Position numbers and translations under genes: made by a program
The notes under the pieces: model-generated
Told to the model about the DNA's origin: nothing
Seen by the model: only the letters and a program-made list of their open reading frames with translations
Database searches by the model: none
Virus record (IMG/VR): IMGVR_UViG_3300032319_000377
Span: 1 to 25,235 of that record
Strand: one strand, 5' to 3'
DNA length: 25,235 nt
From: a virus
Lineage: Duplodnaviria; Caudoviricetes
Shown: piece by piece, positions 24,559-25,235 of the stretch
Position numbering within the stretch: position 1 is the first letter of the stretch
Layout: each line of letters opens with the position of its first letter

Positions 24559-25020
24559 CTACCCGTTTGCCGCGTACCACGCGCGCGCGATCAGTACCGC
24601 GTCCGATTTGGTGTCTGCATGCCCGATGACGGTTCGCTCACGGATGGTTAGGACCGCACCCGTGCTGTCCCACGCAAACCCGGCCGCCGCCGGGTCCTCC
24701 GCGCCAAGGTCGACGCTTCGCCCTGGTGCCGGAAGCGCCTGCCGGTTGGCCCCCGTCGAGGTTGATCCAGCGGTCGTGTTTGGCGCGCCGCCCGGACGGT
24801 CGACGACACTTGTACGACCGAAAGCCTTTTGAAGCGCATCGGTCGTACCGGTCGAGACCAGGCCGCCCGCCTGTCCAATGGTCGTCGTCAACGCTTGCAA
24901 CGGCAGACCAAACAACCCGCCCTGCGCCGCCTTGTAGGCGACGTAGCCACCCGCGACATACAACGCGACGCGTCCGTACCGCGTCGTCCCTCGCCCACCG
25001 AAATCAGGATTGCGTCTCAC
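24559..25020 (-). CDS. RRNP-TM membrane protein with one copy of the 46-aa repeat
   Basis: GAGGAG plus GTG at 25020; MRRNPDF...VALYVAGGYVAY...VDLG...GFAW. Confidence 0.78.
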   Translation of the reverse strand: MRRNPDFGGRGTTRYGRVALYVAGGYVAYKAAQGGLFGLPLQALTTTIGQAGGLVSTGTTDALQKAFGRTSVVDRPGGAPNTTAGSTSTGANRQALPAPGRSVDLGAEDPAAAGFAWDSTGAVLTIRERTVIGHADTKSDAVLIARAWYAANG

Positions 25021-25030
25021 GCCCGTCTCC

Positions 25031-25235
25031 TCAGTCGTCCAACAATACCAGTGCGCCAATTGCGAGACCCGCAAGCAGCACCCACGGGGCGACCGTACCC
25101 GCCGGTGCCAGTGCCGAGCTGACCGCCGACGTGACCCCCGAGGTTGCCGATGCGCCCGCCGGGACCTTGCCGGTCGATACGTCCACGGCTAGTGACCACC
25201 GAATCAAAAACGGCGCGATGGACAATGTCAGCACA
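25031..25235 (-). CDS. Two-TM small membrane protein, 3' part, ending PWVLLAGLAIGALVLLDD
   Basis: In-frame continuation across the junction; C-terminal hydrophobic helix plus acidic tail. Confidence 0.8.
   Translation of the reverse strand, partial: VLTLSIAPFLIRWSLAVDVSTGKVPAGASATSGVTSAVSSALAPAGTVAPWVLLAGLAIGALVLLDD
25113..25235. repeat. Terminal direct repeat, right copy
   Basis: Identical to 1-123, implying a 25,112-bp circle. Confidence 0.98.

Larger units (their letters stand above)
1..25112. mobile_element. Complete circular genome of a tailless double-jelly-roll virus (Varidnaviria-like), probably bacterial host
   Basis: Terminal overlap, DJR-like MCP, packaging ATPase, many small TM proteins, primase-helicase, peptidoglycan hydrolases and tyrosine recombinase. 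No terminase, portal or tail-tube genes recognised. Confidence 0.88.

Noticed and set aside
17435-25020. RR motifs as Tat signal peptides
   Set aside because: No S/T-R-R-x-F-L-K consensus, and most motifs follow rather than precede the hydrophobic helix.
1-25235. tRNA, rRNA or known ncRNA genes
   Set aside because: Intergenic gaps are short and none showed a cloverleaf or recognisable RNA motif by eye; a covariance-model scan was not run.

Overview
The window is a complete circular dsDNA virus genome of 25,112 bp. Bases 1-123 equal bases 25113-25235, and a gene reads through the junction. It encodes a double-jelly-roll major capsid protein of STIV-like appearance, an FtsK/HerA (A32-like) packaging ATPase and many small membrane proteins, so it is most likely a tailless, internal-membrane bacterial virus (Varidnaviria). 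Other modules are a Zn-finger/TOPRIM/SF3 primase-helicase with an adjacent iteron-type origin, two XRE regulators, RusA, a compact tyrosine recombinase with a dif/lox-like site, spike genes resembling tailed-phage fibre families, and three peptidoglycan hydrolases. The most striking unexplained feature is a ~9 kb array (15940-25020) in which 11 otherwise unrelated proteins carry an R-N-P motif. The motif usually sits at the boundary between a shared leader (a membrane anchor or a His/Cys leader) and a variable cargo domain. A second shared signal (C-terminal TM plus acidic tail) marks both putative virion hydrolases. A partly duplicated recombinase site suggests the last cargo gene was added by site-specific recombination. 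All family assignments come from motif recognition; no database search was run.
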